Assembly (NCBI GenBank): GCA_016201695.1 | Contig: JACQCK010000044.1 | Span: 27-64,026 of the forward strand | Reading direction: 5' to 3' | Length of the DNA: 64,000 nt | Source of the DNA: Candidatus Roizmanbacteria bacterium | GTDB lineage: Bacteria > Patescibacteriota > Microgenomatia > UBA1406 > GWC2-37-13 | Shown here: positions 51,855 to 61,309 of the stretch, one piece after another | Numbering within the stretch: position 1 is the first letter of the stretch | How the letters are laid out: each line of letters begins with the position of its first letter | Made by a program: the position numbers and the translations under genes | Notes under the pieces: generated by a model | Databases searched by the model: none | Seen by the model: only the letters and a program-made list of their open reading frames with translations | Told to the model about the DNA's origin: nothing

Positions 51855-52733
51855 TCAAAGCATCAGCCTATGAGGCAAACCAAGACAGGCGCACTGCAAA
51901 AACTCCATGAGCGGCGACTCCTCGTCCATTGGTGCACCCCTCATATCCAAACTTCTTCGTAATATGCAATCATCTAAGCTGCCGGTTACCCTGTTGGGAC
52001 TACTTGCGGACCAATTGCTTAATCTAACCTGCATCCTGCGAAAGGGTAGTATTACACCGTCTAGTAATGCCGGTTTGGTGCTTAGCCCGCCCGCATACAT
52101 CATGTTTTGTAACATGTACTCCCGAATCTGCTCGAGGGAGAGCGGGTTATTTTTCCGGTGCCGGGGAGTATCAACGTTCAAAAGTCCGACATCAACAGAC
52201 ATATGTAACAATCGGGGAAACTGATCTCCTTTTTCTACAATCGCAACACCGGTATCGGAGCGCATAATAATATCACCCTCTAATCTCTCGCGGTTATAAA
52301 ATTCTATTATCATTTGAACGTCCTCCGGTCCTTTCGGTTTCTGCAATACCATCGTCTCACCATAAGGACCGCAAACGGCCCAGTTGCTATCGGTGACAAA
52401 ATATGTGTTTTTTGGTTCCAAATGGTCCGGAAAAGCCACGAGCATACCCGCTTTCATAACCGCACCGGCAACAGTGTAAGGGTAGTCCCCCATACTGGTG
52501 TATTCCGTCACCATCTTATCGGCGTTGGGAACTAAAGCTTTGTGCCTTTTTTCTCCTGAATCCACTAAGTGAACTAACCACGGGTCATCGGTCGTATTCA
52601 GCCCGAGTCTTGCACAATAATCTCTTTTTATTGGACTATTAGTAACGAATTCATGCCGCACGCTTTTTTGCGGATTCAAAAGTGAAAGGTAAAATTTAAT
52701 CGGATCGTCTGTTGGTTTGATTCTCTCTGACAT
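51855..52733 (-). CDS. Divergent Maf/ITPase-like nucleotide pyrophosphatase
   Basis: TNSPIKR (cf. SxSPRR), KA, VTDS...VLQKPKGPED (cf. ADT...ILEKP), DTGVAI, AGGL. Confidence 0.5.
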   Translation of the reverse strand: MSERIKPTDDPIKFYLSLLNPQKSVRHEFVTNSPIKRDYCARLGLNTTDDPWLVHLVDSGEKRHKALVPNADKMVTEYTSMGDYPYTVAGAVMKAGMLVAFPDHLEPKNTYFVTDSNWAVCGPYGETMVLQKPKGPEDVQMIIEFYNRERLEGDIIMRSDTGVAIVEKGDQFPRLLHMSVDVGLLNVDTPRHRKNNPLSLEQIREYMLQNMMYAGGLSTKPALLDGVILPFRRMQVRLSNWSASSPNRVTGSLDDCILRRSLDMRGAPMDEESPLMEFLQCACLGLPHRLML

Positions 52734-52750
52734 TTCTGTACTAAATTTAT

Positions 52751-53698
52751 TTAATCCAGTGAGCGGACAAATTGGGGAAGAAATCGGTCTAAAGCATCTC
52801 CGGCATCACCGACTACGCGCGGTTCTTCGTGTTCATTATCACCAACAAGATAATACTGGGGATTCATTTCTCGCGATCTGGCTAAGGTATAAAAAAAAGT
52901 CCTGATATCCATTTTTTTCATTGCTTCACTTAAAAGCTTCATGCCTTGCTGTGTCGCCAGAACGGTCTTAAATATAATCATTGCCGGCTTTATTCCCTGC
53001 TCGACACAAGCCAGTACAAACGCCGCTGCCGAAGCGCCGCTCGCCAGTACCGTATCGCTTATGACAATCGGCTGGTCGTTCACCAATTCCGCCAAACGGT
53101 CGGGATTGTACCACTTGACCGTTACCGCCAGGTGGGTATCCGGGCTTCCTTGGGGGTGAACCCGTTTGGTATTGACCAAGACTTCTTCTGCTATTTCTTC
53201 GTCTTGTCCCCTGCCCATCTCTAATCTGGTACACACGGCGCCGGCGCGGACAAAACTTACCCGGGCGGCGTCGGGAAAATCGGCGCCAAATCGCCCGGCA
53301 TGACTGTTTAAAAGACTGTATGCATCTTGAACATACTGACGATAAACTTCCGCCCACTGTTGATTGGCATAAAAACGACTGTCACGAATCGCTTGCAGTG
53401 CATGATTACCAAGACCGGTCGCCAACTCTCTTGCCTTTGGATAATAATCCTCGAGCGCGATCATTCCGTTACTTTTCGCGCCTTCAATTTCCCACGGAGT
53501 GGTATCGCGCCCGACTAGGCCTTCAAAAATACCCCCGAAGTCGACCATGGCGTGAACCAGCGTATTTTTCGCACGGAATTCCTCCGGATTTTTTATGAGG
53601 TTATTCACGTCAAACAGGCTTCCCGGTGGTCCCGAAATTAGCCGTACCGGCTGATCGACAAAAGTTAATTGCTTAGTGTATGGCGATTCGGCGTTCAT
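52751..53698 (-). CDS. Divergent uracil phosphoribosyltransferase-like protein
   Basis: FVRAGA, ISDTVLASGAS (cf. DPMLATGGS), MNPQYYLV...VGDAGD (cf. LN..GYI.PGLGDAGD). Confidence 0.7.
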   Translation of the reverse strand: MNAESPYTKQLTFVDQPVRLISGPPGSLFDVNNLIKNPEEFRAKNTLVHAMVDFGGIFEGLVGRDTTPWEIEGAKSNGMIALEDYYPKARELATGLGNHALQAIRDSRFYANQQWAEVYRQYVQDAYSLLNSHAGRFGADFPDAARVSFVRAGAVCTRLEMGRGQDEEIAEEVLVNTKRVHPQGSPDTHLAVTVKWYNPDRLAELVNDQPIVISDTVLASGASAAAFVLACVEQGIKPAMIIFKTVLATQQGMKLLSEAMKKMDIRTFFYTLARSREMNPQYYLVGDNEHEEPRVVGDAGDALDRFLPQFVRSLD

Positions 53699-53719
53699 TG
53701 CTTTATATTTTATAAATAA

Positions 53720-54355
53720 TTAACGCGCAAATAAAGGCATATGCCAACGGTCAAACCGACGGTAGTCCGCTATCAGTCGTTTCAGTTGAATTTTATTAAT
53801 CGCCTTGCGCTTTTTCATATATCCGATGAGCTGCTCCATGGTAATCAACGAATGCAGTTTGACTTGGTGTTTATCTTCAAGGCGCGGTCCGTCTTTTTTT
53901 CTTTGCAGTTGGCGGTCGATTATGACAACAATATCCGTTACCGTTAATTTATGATCTTTTATGATTTCGATCGCTTCTGTTTTGCTCTCTCCGGCAAAAA
54001 CAAGGTCGTCTACCAAAATCAACTTTGCCTTGTCGGGAATTATGCCTTCAATAAATTTGCTGCTCAACTGCCTTTCCAGTTTTTTTCGGATGTACAAAAA
54101 CGGCAAGCCGGAGTACAGACTGCAAATCGCGCCCCAAGCAATACCCGATGTCGCAAGACCGATAATCGTATTACCGCTGCACTCATTTTTCACCACCTCG
54201 GTAAGCCGTTTCCCTATGTACTCAAGAATTTCCGGATGAGATAACAATTTTCTCGGATCAAAAAGACACGAGCGCGAATCACCCTTGTTTTTTAAACTTT
54301 CGCCGAAGAAAAGGACTTTCAAATCAATAATTATTTTCGCCAGTTTTGTGTCCAT
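53720..54355 (-). CDS. Orotate phosphoribosyltransferase-like protein
   Basis: FDPR, GLATSGI, YIRKK, IEG, LVDDLVFAGES, VIIDRQ. Confidence 0.78.
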   Translation of the reverse strand: MDTKLAKIIIDLKVLFFGESLKNKGDSRSCLFDPRKLLSHPEILEYIGKRLTEVVKNECSGNTIIGLATSGIAWGAICSLYSGLPFLYIRKKLERQLSSKFIEGIIPDKAKLILVDDLVFAGESKTEAIEIIKDHKLTVTDIVVIIDRQLQRKKDGPRLEDKHQVKLHSLITMEQLIGYMKKRKAINKIQLKRLIADYRRFDRWHMPLFAR

Positions 54356-54365
54356 GTTTATATTA

Positions 54366-55730
54366 TTAAGTCGTCACTAGATTAGGCCTGTCCGTAAGGC
54401 CAGGCGGTACGAATTGGGAATATAGACTGTTTTTATAAGGACGATCTGAATATCCATAGATTGATCCCCAAGCGCCTTGCGTTATTTCTTCCGGCCCAGG
54501 TACCATGGGATCACACCATAAGTTACCAAGCGGGTCAATGTTGGCTACGACCACCCGACCAAAAGGTAAGTGTTGACGAAGCAGAACTTCGCGATGTAAA
54601 GCAGAGTCAGCCGCCAAAGCGAATAAGGAAAGATACCCGGTTGAATTATATAATAATCGTTTTCCTTCCTTATCTCGCCGCATATCGTCTTCAAGTATGG
54701 CCGACATATCGGCGCTTAATTGAGGTAAGTCGCTTTCCTGAATGGCATCACTAAAGGAATGTTCTTTTGGAGAATTACCCCTTATATGATACGGGTCAAC
54801 CATTAAAGGTGATACGGTCCAGCCGACTTGAGTTGGACTGTTGGCTTCTTGTGCATACCTGGCTAATTGAGTCATTTGCTCATATAGTTTAAGTAAATAT
54901 CTGGCGTTACGAGTTGAGATAACGGTATTCATAACAACCCTTCTTACGCGGTTATCGATGAAACGCTTTGCCGCACTTTGACCTGACTCGGCTTTTCTTT
55001 TACGCGAATAGTCATTTTGTTTGCGTTCTTGATCGGTTATATTTCTCGTGACTGGAAAAGGAGTTTTATCGTCCAATAAATTTCTTTCTCCCAGCGTCGG
55101 AAAAAACATTCCGTAGGGATAGTCGAACGAAAAATGAGTGGCAACTTTATAAAGCCAACCTGCGTACAAATGTGCTCTCATTAAGTCACTCATTTCGCCT
55201 GACCCATCGTTTGTTAAGTAGGACACACCATCATCAAATAGGCTATGTTTCAAGTCAGGAACCTCCAGAACCTGATTCATTATGTTCGATAACGGGGGAA
55301 AACCGACAATTGTTCCTCCGATCCACATACCATGCTGGCCGCCTTTTGCGGGAAATTCATTATGAAGAAACCATACCCGCTCCACTAATTCTTCCGGACG
55401 CTTTGCCCGCAGTTCAAGGCGCGGCATTAATCCGTTCTTAATTTTGGCCTTAACGGAATCCGTTGAGTCTTCACAACCAAGGCAGTTTAGGCCACACCGC
55501 AATGTCGGTGATGCCTCGAAACATGAAATTCCCCCTTCGCCTATAAGACCTACCTCTTTTGCCTTGTGGATTGGCGCGACACCGGTGGTTTCTAGCGGAT
55601 CTCTGTGCGCCGTTATATTAAACATTTTGGCGGTACGCTCCGGCTTAATAAATTCCTGCGAACGAAAATATTCAGTCACTATTGTTGGATCGGCGTTAAG
55701 TAAAGAACGTGGGGTGCCCTCAAAAGCCAT
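54366..55730 (-). CDS. Divergent radical SAM protein
   Basis: PTLRCGLNCLGC (CxxxCxxC), WIGGT in the GGE position, HFSFDYP, VVMNTVIS. Confidence 0.65.
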   Translation of the reverse strand: MAFEGTPRSLLNADPTIVTEYFRSQEFIKPERTAKMFNITAHRDPLETTGVAPIHKAKEVGLIGEGGISCFEASPTLRCGLNCLGCEDSTDSVKAKIKNGLMPRLELRAKRPEELVERVWFLHNEFPAKGGQHGMWIGGTIVGFPPLSNIMNQVLEVPDLKHSLFDDGVSYLTNDGSGEMSDLMRAHLYAGWLYKVATHFSFDYPYGMFFPTLGERNLLDDKTPFPVTRNITDQERKQNDYSRKRKAESGQSAAKRFIDNRVRRVVMNTVISTRNARYLLKLYEQMTQLARYAQEANSPTQVGWTVSPLMVDPYHIRGNSPKEHSFSDAIQESDLPQLSADMSAILEDDMRRDKEGKRLLYNSTGYLSLFALAADSALHREVLLRQHLPFGRVVVANIDPLGNLWCDPMVPGPEEITQGAWGSIYGYSDRPYKNSLYSQFVPPGLTDRPNLVTT

Positions 55731-55732
55731 AT

Positions 55733-57076
55733 TCAGGTTTTAATCTTTAACATATTGTTAATTTCCCGCTCATCAAAACCAACTAACTTCTTATCTTTTA
55801 CTACTATTTTTCCATTCACAATCACTGTATCCGCCCGGGTGGCCTGACAACTCAAAAGAGCTGTCAGCGGGTCATTGGCTCCGGTATATTCTACCGTATT
55901 TAAATTAAATATTGCAATATCGGCGGCTTTACCTACCTCCAACGAACCGATTCCGTTTTCCCAATTCAATAATTTGGCGCCATTAACCGTCCCCATTGCC
56001 AATACAACAGCGGGGTCAAGATAGGTTGATTCCTTGCGCGCTCCCTGCATTATTCTTGTCCAGCGTAATTCCTCAAGCATATTTGAAGAATCGTTTCCGG
56101 CGCTTCCGTCGACCCCGACGGCGACGGTTACCCGGTTTTTAATCATCGCCCAAACCGGCGCGATTCCCGTTTCTCCGACCGGCGCGCGCGCATTGGAAAC
56201 AGGGCAGTGAACTATTGGTGTTTTGGTCGCTGCCAACCGCTCAATTTCCTCCCGATTTAAGTTTATACCGTGGGCAAAACTGGCTCTTTCTCCGACCCAA
56301 CCCAAATCATTTAGAAAACGAAGCGGTCTTTTTTTGTTTTTTTTTAAAGAATATTCGTTTTCAAATTCCGACTCGCTCAAATGAGTCTGCATATTAACGT
56401 TATATTTTCGGGATAAATAAGCGGCCAGTTTGAAATCTTCCGCGGAACTGGTAAAAATGGTACACGGCGCGATACCGATCCGCAACAGAGAAAAAGGCGA
56501 GGCGTCGTGATATTTTCGGATGAGCGACTCGGTTTCGCTGCCGATCTCTTCACTCGTTTCGACGATCTCGTCCGGGAATAGGGAACCGTTCCTTTTACCA
56601 ACGCTTATGCTGCCGCGATAAAGGTGGAGCCGGATGCCGATATCCGCGGCCGCTTTTATGAGCGCCGGCAAAAAAAGGGTATTCTTGGGAAATAAATAAG
56701 GCATATCAGCAGTAGTGGTACAACCGTACAGTAGGAGCTCCGCCATATTCGCCAAGGCGGAATAATAGATTTCGCGGTCGGACATTTTTGCCGCCTTACG
56801 ACAGACGACATTGATCCAACGGTCGATCATCTGATTTTGAAGTTGACGATCGCCCCGCAGTTGACACTGAAACATATGATGATGACAGTTGATTAGCCCC
56901 GGAATTACCATCATTCCCCGGGCGTTTACAGTCGTATCCGCCCTTTTTTCCTTTTTTCCGATGTAAACAATTTTATTTCCTTTAAGGTAAAGGGAGTGAT
57001 TTTTGAGAATTTGACTTTTGGCATTCATGGTAACCACAAAGCCGGCATTTTTTATCAGAATCGACTTGTCTTTCAT
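55733..57076 (-). CDS. Amidohydrolase, 8-oxoguanine/nucleobase deaminase-like
   Basis: PGLINCHHHMFQ, APCTIF, THLSES, AHG, GVDGSAGND, GSLEVGKAAD. Confidence 0.85.
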   Translation of the reverse strand: MKDKSILIKNAGFVVTMNAKSQILKNHSLYLKGNKIVYIGKKEKRADTTVNARGMMVIPGLINCHHHMFQCQLRGDRQLQNQMIDRWINVVCRKAAKMSDREIYYSALANMAELLLYGCTTTADMPYLFPKNTLFLPALIKAAADIGIRLHLYRGSISVGKRNGSLFPDEIVETSEEIGSETESLIRKYHDASPFSLLRIGIAPCTIFTSSAEDFKLAAYLSRKYNVNMQTHLSESEFENEYSLKKNKKRPLRFLNDLGWVGERASFAHGINLNREEIERLAATKTPIVHCPVSNARAPVGETGIAPVWAMIKNRVTVAVGVDGSAGNDSSNMLEELRWTRIMQGARKESTYLDPAVVLAMGTVNGAKLLNWENGIGSLEVGKAADIAIFNLNTVEYTGANDPLTALLSCQATRADTVIVNGKIVVKDKKLVGFDEREINNMLKIKT

Positions 57077-57882
57077 TGATGTTTGGTTTTCAGTATCTGT
57101 AACAGACAGTGGATGCCGCCGCCGGCTTTTATAAACTCACTGACGTCAAGTTCGATTGGCCGATAGTCTAACTTTCTTAATCTGTCCGCAAAAATCTGAT
57201 TCCCTTTCGGGATTAAAACATGGTGGTCGGTGACGACGCTATTGGCGGCGAAACCGTATGCTTCCGGTTTTGTCAGGATATATAAATGCGGAATCAATTT
57301 CCGTAAAACCTGAATTGATTCTTTTGCCAGTGCTTCAGGATAATAGAAAGCGGTCTCGTCGTTTAACGCAAACAAACAGGTGTCGAGGTGAAAAAAATTC
57401 TTATCAATCAGCCTTAATTCGTATATCCTTTTGAGCTTTTTTGATAGGAATCCGACCGCATGTCTATCGCTTCGCAAGCCGGTCCCGACGAACACGTTAC
57501 CTGCGCACTCAACGACGTCTCCCCCTTCAAAAAAGCAATTTTCCGGCAAACGAACGAGCGTGTAGTTATTTTTTTCAAACCACCCGGCGTATGACCTTTG
57601 CTCGTCGCTTCGCTCGACAAAACGGAAGTTGCCAAGATAAACAGACTCTCCATTGACCCAACCGGCATCGGCGGCAAAAACCATATCCGGCAGGTCGCGC
57701 CGCTGGTGAATGCTTACCACCTCAACCTGAAGCTGCCGCAAAGCATTAATTAGATTCCGCCACTGCTTTCCGGCGAGCGCCTGATCCACTGTCCCGGGCT
57801 GCATCCAAGGGTTGATTTGATAACTCACCTGGAAGTGTCTCGGTTCGCAGGCGAGAACTTTTTTGAGAATCCGTGCCTTCAT
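57073..57882 (-). CDS. Amidinotransferase-fold guanidino hydrolase (arginine dihydrolase/DDAH-like)
   Basis: YQINPWM, PDMVFAADAG, FEGGD, FHLDTC, FIKAGGGIHCL. Confidence 0.85.
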   Translation of the reverse strand: MKARILKKVLACEPRHFQVSYQINPWMQPGTVDQALAGKQWRNLINALRQLQVEVVSIHQRRDLPDMVFAADAGWVNGESVYLGNFRFVERSDEQRSYAGWFEKNNYTLVRLPENCFFEGGDVVECAGNVFVGTGLRSDRHAVGFLSKKLKRIYELRLIDKNFFHLDTCLFALNDETAFYYPEALAKESIQVLRKLIPHLYILTKPEAYGFAANSVVTDHHVLIPKGNQIFADRLRKLDYRPIELDVSEFIKAGGGIHCLLQILKTKHQ

Positions 57883-57883
57883 T

Positions 57884-59503
57884 TTAAACTTTGGCAGTAG
57901 TCAGTTTATTAACGGTGTCTTCGGCGACGCTGACGGTCGTGATTAACGGAACATTAAAGTGAACCGCCATCTTACGGATGATCTGTCCGTCCGTACTTTC
58001 TTTTTGGTTGATCTGCCGGCCGGTCGGAATGTTGATGATCAGATCAAAGCGGTTTTGTCCTAAAAGATGAGCTAAATTCGGTTTTTTATGCGGCTGCGAA
58101 ATTTTGTGGACCAAGATATTCTCAATACCGACTGACCTTAAAAATTTGTGAGTTTTGTACGTGGCGTACAGCTTGTATTTCAGAGCATGAAGTTTTTTAA
58201 TTTCGGCAAGCAGTTTCATTTTATTCTTTCTTTTCCCAATCGAAAGCAGTATTGTTTTTTCCGAACGTTGGGCAAGTCGCATCTGCAAAGTATAAAGTTC
58301 GATAAACCCCGGTGAGGCGTTTTGGTTAAAAGCGGTTGAGGTCATAAAAGTGGCTAATTTTTCCTCAAAAATAGTATTTGGTGTTTCGACGGCCACCGGC
58401 TCAACCCACCCCTTATACAAACGGAGGCTGACTCTACCCGTTGCTTTCTGATTGACCCGGTCGATATAGGCATTGAGGTCGTCCATCAGAGGCTCATACC
58501 ACAAACCGCTGTAACAGACATAGGCCCACTTCGTGTCAACAAACGATTTGAATTCGTTTTCCAGTCTCGTTGAAACATATTTTTCTAAATCGCGGTGGGC
58601 GCGGATAATAATTTCCGCCGCCGGCGCCTCATACACTCCTCGTACTTTGAGACCGACCACGCGATCCTCCAAGTGATGAGTGATGCCAACGGCGTGTTTT
58701 GCCCCCAATTTATTAAGAAAAAGAATCGTCTCCGCCAAAGCCATCTGTTTACCGTTGACCGAAACCGGCAGCCCTTTGACAAACTCCATTTCAATTATCT
58801 CTGCCCTGTCCGGCGCACTCTGCGGCAGGTTACAAATTTGCAGGATTTTCTCAAGCGGCGGAATGAGCGCCGGATTTTCAATCTCACCGCTTTCGCTGGT
58901 CACGCCCCACATATTGTCGTCATAGGAATAAGGTTTGTCGATTGTTTGCTTGACCGGAATGTTATGTTTTTTGGCGTAAGCTATTTCTTCATCCCGTCCC
59001 ATTGACCACTCCCGAACCGGGGCAATGATTTTGATGTCGGGATTAAGCGCCAAAGCCACGCCTTCAATCCGCAGTTGATCGTTGCCTTTTCCGGTGCATC
59101 CGTGAGCGATACAGTCGGCGTCTTCCTGTTGGGCGACTTTTACCGCCCATTTGGCGAGAAGCGGCCGCCCCAACGGCGTCGACAGATGGTAATTACCCTG
59201 ATATGAAGCATTGGCCCGAATTCCCTTGGCGATATATTCATCGGCAAACTCGTCTTTGGCATCGATCACGAGCGCTTTAATTGCGCCAAGCTTGAGTGCT
59301 TTTTTCCTCACCTCTTCAAGATCGTCCGCCTGTTGACCGATATCAATCGTTAGCGCAATTACTTCGGCCTTATACTCATCCTGTATCCATTTAATCATTA
59401 CTGAAGTATCCAAACCGCCCGAATACAGGAGCACTATTTTTTTTACCTCGCCTTTTTTGCCTTCGTAAGAACCTATTTTGAAATATTCATGATTTTTTTG
59501 CAT
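57884..59503 (-). CDS. argG: Argininosuccinate synthase (intact, copy 2) fused to a C-terminal MGS-like domain
   Basis: YSGGLDTS, HGCTGKGNDQ, KVRGVYEAP; tail KLYATYKTHKFL...FDLIINIP...DGQIIRKMAVHFNVPLITT. Confidence 0.9.
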   Translation of the reverse strand: MQKNHEYFKIGSYEGKKGEVKKIVLLYSGGLDTSVMIKWIQDEYKAEVIALTIDIGQQADDLEEVRKKALKLGAIKALVIDAKDEFADEYIAKGIRANASYQGNYHLSTPLGRPLLAKWAVKVAQQEDADCIAHGCTGKGNDQLRIEGVALALNPDIKIIAPVREWSMGRDEEIAYAKKHNIPVKQTIDKPYSYDDNMWGVTSESGEIENPALIPPLEKILQICNLPQSAPDRAEIIEMEFVKGLPVSVNGKQMALAETILFLNKLGAKHAVGITHHLEDRVVGLKVRGVYEAPAAEIIIRAHRDLEKYVSTRLENEFKSFVDTKWAYVCYSGLWYEPLMDDLNAYIDRVNQKATGRVSLRLYKGWVEPVAVETPNTIFEEKLATFMTSTAFNQNASPGFIELYTLQMRLAQRSEKTILLSIGKRKNKMKLLAEIKKLHALKYKLYATYKTHKFLRSVGIENILVHKISQPHKKPNLAHLLGQNRFDLIINIPTGRQINQKESTDGQIIRKMAVHFNVPLITTVSVAEDTVNKLTTAKV

Positions 59504-59576
59504 TTTTTTTCAAGAAAGCGCTAATTTGGCGAAGAAAACCATCAATTTTTCCAAAAAACCGACAATTTTCAAGAAA

Positions 59577-59640
59577 ATACTACTAACTGCCCAACCGTTT
59601 GTCAAGCGCATTTGCAAATGCACCTCACTATCGGTAAAAT
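59577..59640. promoter_or_regulatory. Back-to-back promoters for the argG-MGS operon and pyrG, with a 14-bp palindrome
   Basis: Minus strand TTGACA-17-TAGTAT (59577-59605); plus strand TTGCAA-17-TAAAAT (59612-59640); GCATTTGCAAATGC at 59608-59621. Confidence 0.6.
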
Positions 59641-59659
59641 ACTTAGATAAAATAGCAGA

Positions 59660-61309
59660 ATGGCGAACTTAAAGTATATTTTTATTTCGGGTGGCGTAAT
59701 TTCCGGTATCGGAAAAGGGATTACCTCCGCTTCGATTAGTCTTCTTTTGAAGTCCGGCGGCTACACCGTTGCCCCGATCAAGTTTGAAGGATATCTCAAC
59801 ATCGACGCCGGAACCATCAATCCCATTGAGCACGGCGATCCGTTTTTGTGTGAAGACGGCACCGAGGCCGATATGGACATCGGCAGTTATGAAAAATTCC
59901 TAAACGAGGATATGGGCCGCGATAATTTTGTTACCATGGGCCAAATCTATCAGCGCATTATTGAACGCGAGCGCCGGTTCGAATACAACGGTGAAGACGT
60001 CGAAGCCATCCATATCACCGATGAAATCATCGACCGTATCAATAAGCTGGCGCGCAAAAGCCAGGCTAATATTGTTGTCGTTGAACTCGGCGGCACCGCC
60101 GGCGAGTACTGGAATGTATTTTATTATGAGGCGGCGCGGATGCTCGCCCTGAAAAACCCCGGCGACGTCATCCATGTCCACGTGAGTTATGTGCCTAATC
60201 CCCCACATCTTGGCGAACCAAAAACCAAACCGACGCAACTGTCGGTACGGACGCTCAACTCGATGGGTATCCAACCCGACTTCATCGTCGCCCGTTCGGA
60301 GCTCGTACTTGACCAGCGAAGAAAAGACCGCTTTGCTCTTTTTTGCAATATGCACCCCGAAGATATTATCTCCAATCCCGACCTGCCGTCTATCTACGAA
60401 ATACCACTGGTGCTTCATAAACAGGGATTAGACGGCCGAATTTTAAAAAAACTTCGTCTGCCTCCGTCTAAGAAAATCGACCTGACCGGTTGGGAAAAAT
60501 TAGTAGCAAAAATTAAAGCCAAAAAAAGCCGGACGGTTGAGATTGCCATCGTTGGCAAGTACTTCGGGACCGGTGAATATCAACTTCGCGACTCATACGC
60601 CGCCTTATTCGACGCCATCGATCACGCCGCAACCTATCATAACATTGCTGTAAAGACCCGCTGGATTGACGCCGAAAAAGTCGAAAGATACGGCCCCAAC
60701 ATTATCGCCAAACCCGACGGTATAATCGTGCCGATCGGTTGGGGCGAACGGGGCGCCGAGGGAATGATTAATACCGCCAACTATGCCCGCATTGCTAAGA
60801 TTCCCTATTTAGGATTATGTTACGGCATGCAACTGGCCGTCGTTGCTTTTGCCAGAAATGCACTCGGTTGGCCAGACGCCAATACCGAAGAAAATGACAA
60901 AAAAACCAAACACAACGTCATCCACCTTATGCCGGCGCAGAGCGCGATTATGAAGCGAAGAGCCTATGGCGGGACCATGCGGCTAGGTCACTGGGACGCT
61001 ATCGTCAAAAAGGGAACTCTGGCCGGCTCGCTTTACGATACTTACAACGGTTATTTGAATAAAAAAAGCGGACTCACTTCCGAACGACACCGCCATCGGT
61101 ACGAATTTAACGATGAGTTTGTCCGCGAATTTGAAAAAAACGGCTTGATAATAAGCGCTCGATCCTCCATCGAACGTCTCGCTGAAATCATCGAACTGTC
61201 GCCTTCACTTCATCCGTTCTATCTTGGCACACAAGGTCATCCCGAGTACAAAAGCCGGCCGTTACGACCGCACCCGATATTTTTAGGTTTCTTAAAAGCC
61301 TGTACATGA
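59660..61309 (+). CDS. pyrG: CTP synthase
   Basis: GGVISGIGKG, KTKPTQ, GLCYGMQ, RHRHRYE, HPEY. Confidence 0.96.
   Translation: MANLKYIFISGGVISGIGKGITSASISLLLKSGGYTVAPIKFEGYLNIDAGTINPIEHGDPFLCEDGTEADMDIGSYEKFLNEDMGRDNFVTMGQIYQRIIERERRFEYNGEDVEAIHITDEIIDRINKLARKSQANIVVVELGGTAGEYWNVFYYEAARMLALKNPGDVIHVHVSYVPNPPHLGEPKTKPTQLSVRTLNSMGIQPDFIVARSELVLDQRRKDRFALFCNMHPEDIISNPDLPSIYEIPLVLHKQGLDGRILKKLRLPPSKKIDLTGWEKLVAKIKAKKSRTVEIAIVGKYFGTGEYQLRDSYAALFDAIDHAATYHNIAVKTRWIDAEKVERYGPNIIAKPDGIIVPIGWGERGAEGMINTANYARIAKIPYLGLCYGMQLAVVAFARNALGWPDANTEENDKKTKHNVIHLMPAQSAIMKRRAYGGTMRLGHWDAIVKKGTLAGSLYDTYNGYLNKKSGLTSERHRHRYEFNDEFVREFEKNGLIISARSSIERLAEIIELSPSLHPFYLGTQGHPEYKSRPLRPHPIFLGFLKACT

Noticed and set aside
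54366..55730. Calling the radical SAM protein a prokaryotic viperin or QueE
   Set aside because: Only the generic CxxxCxxC is visible; length and flanking motifs do not support a specific family
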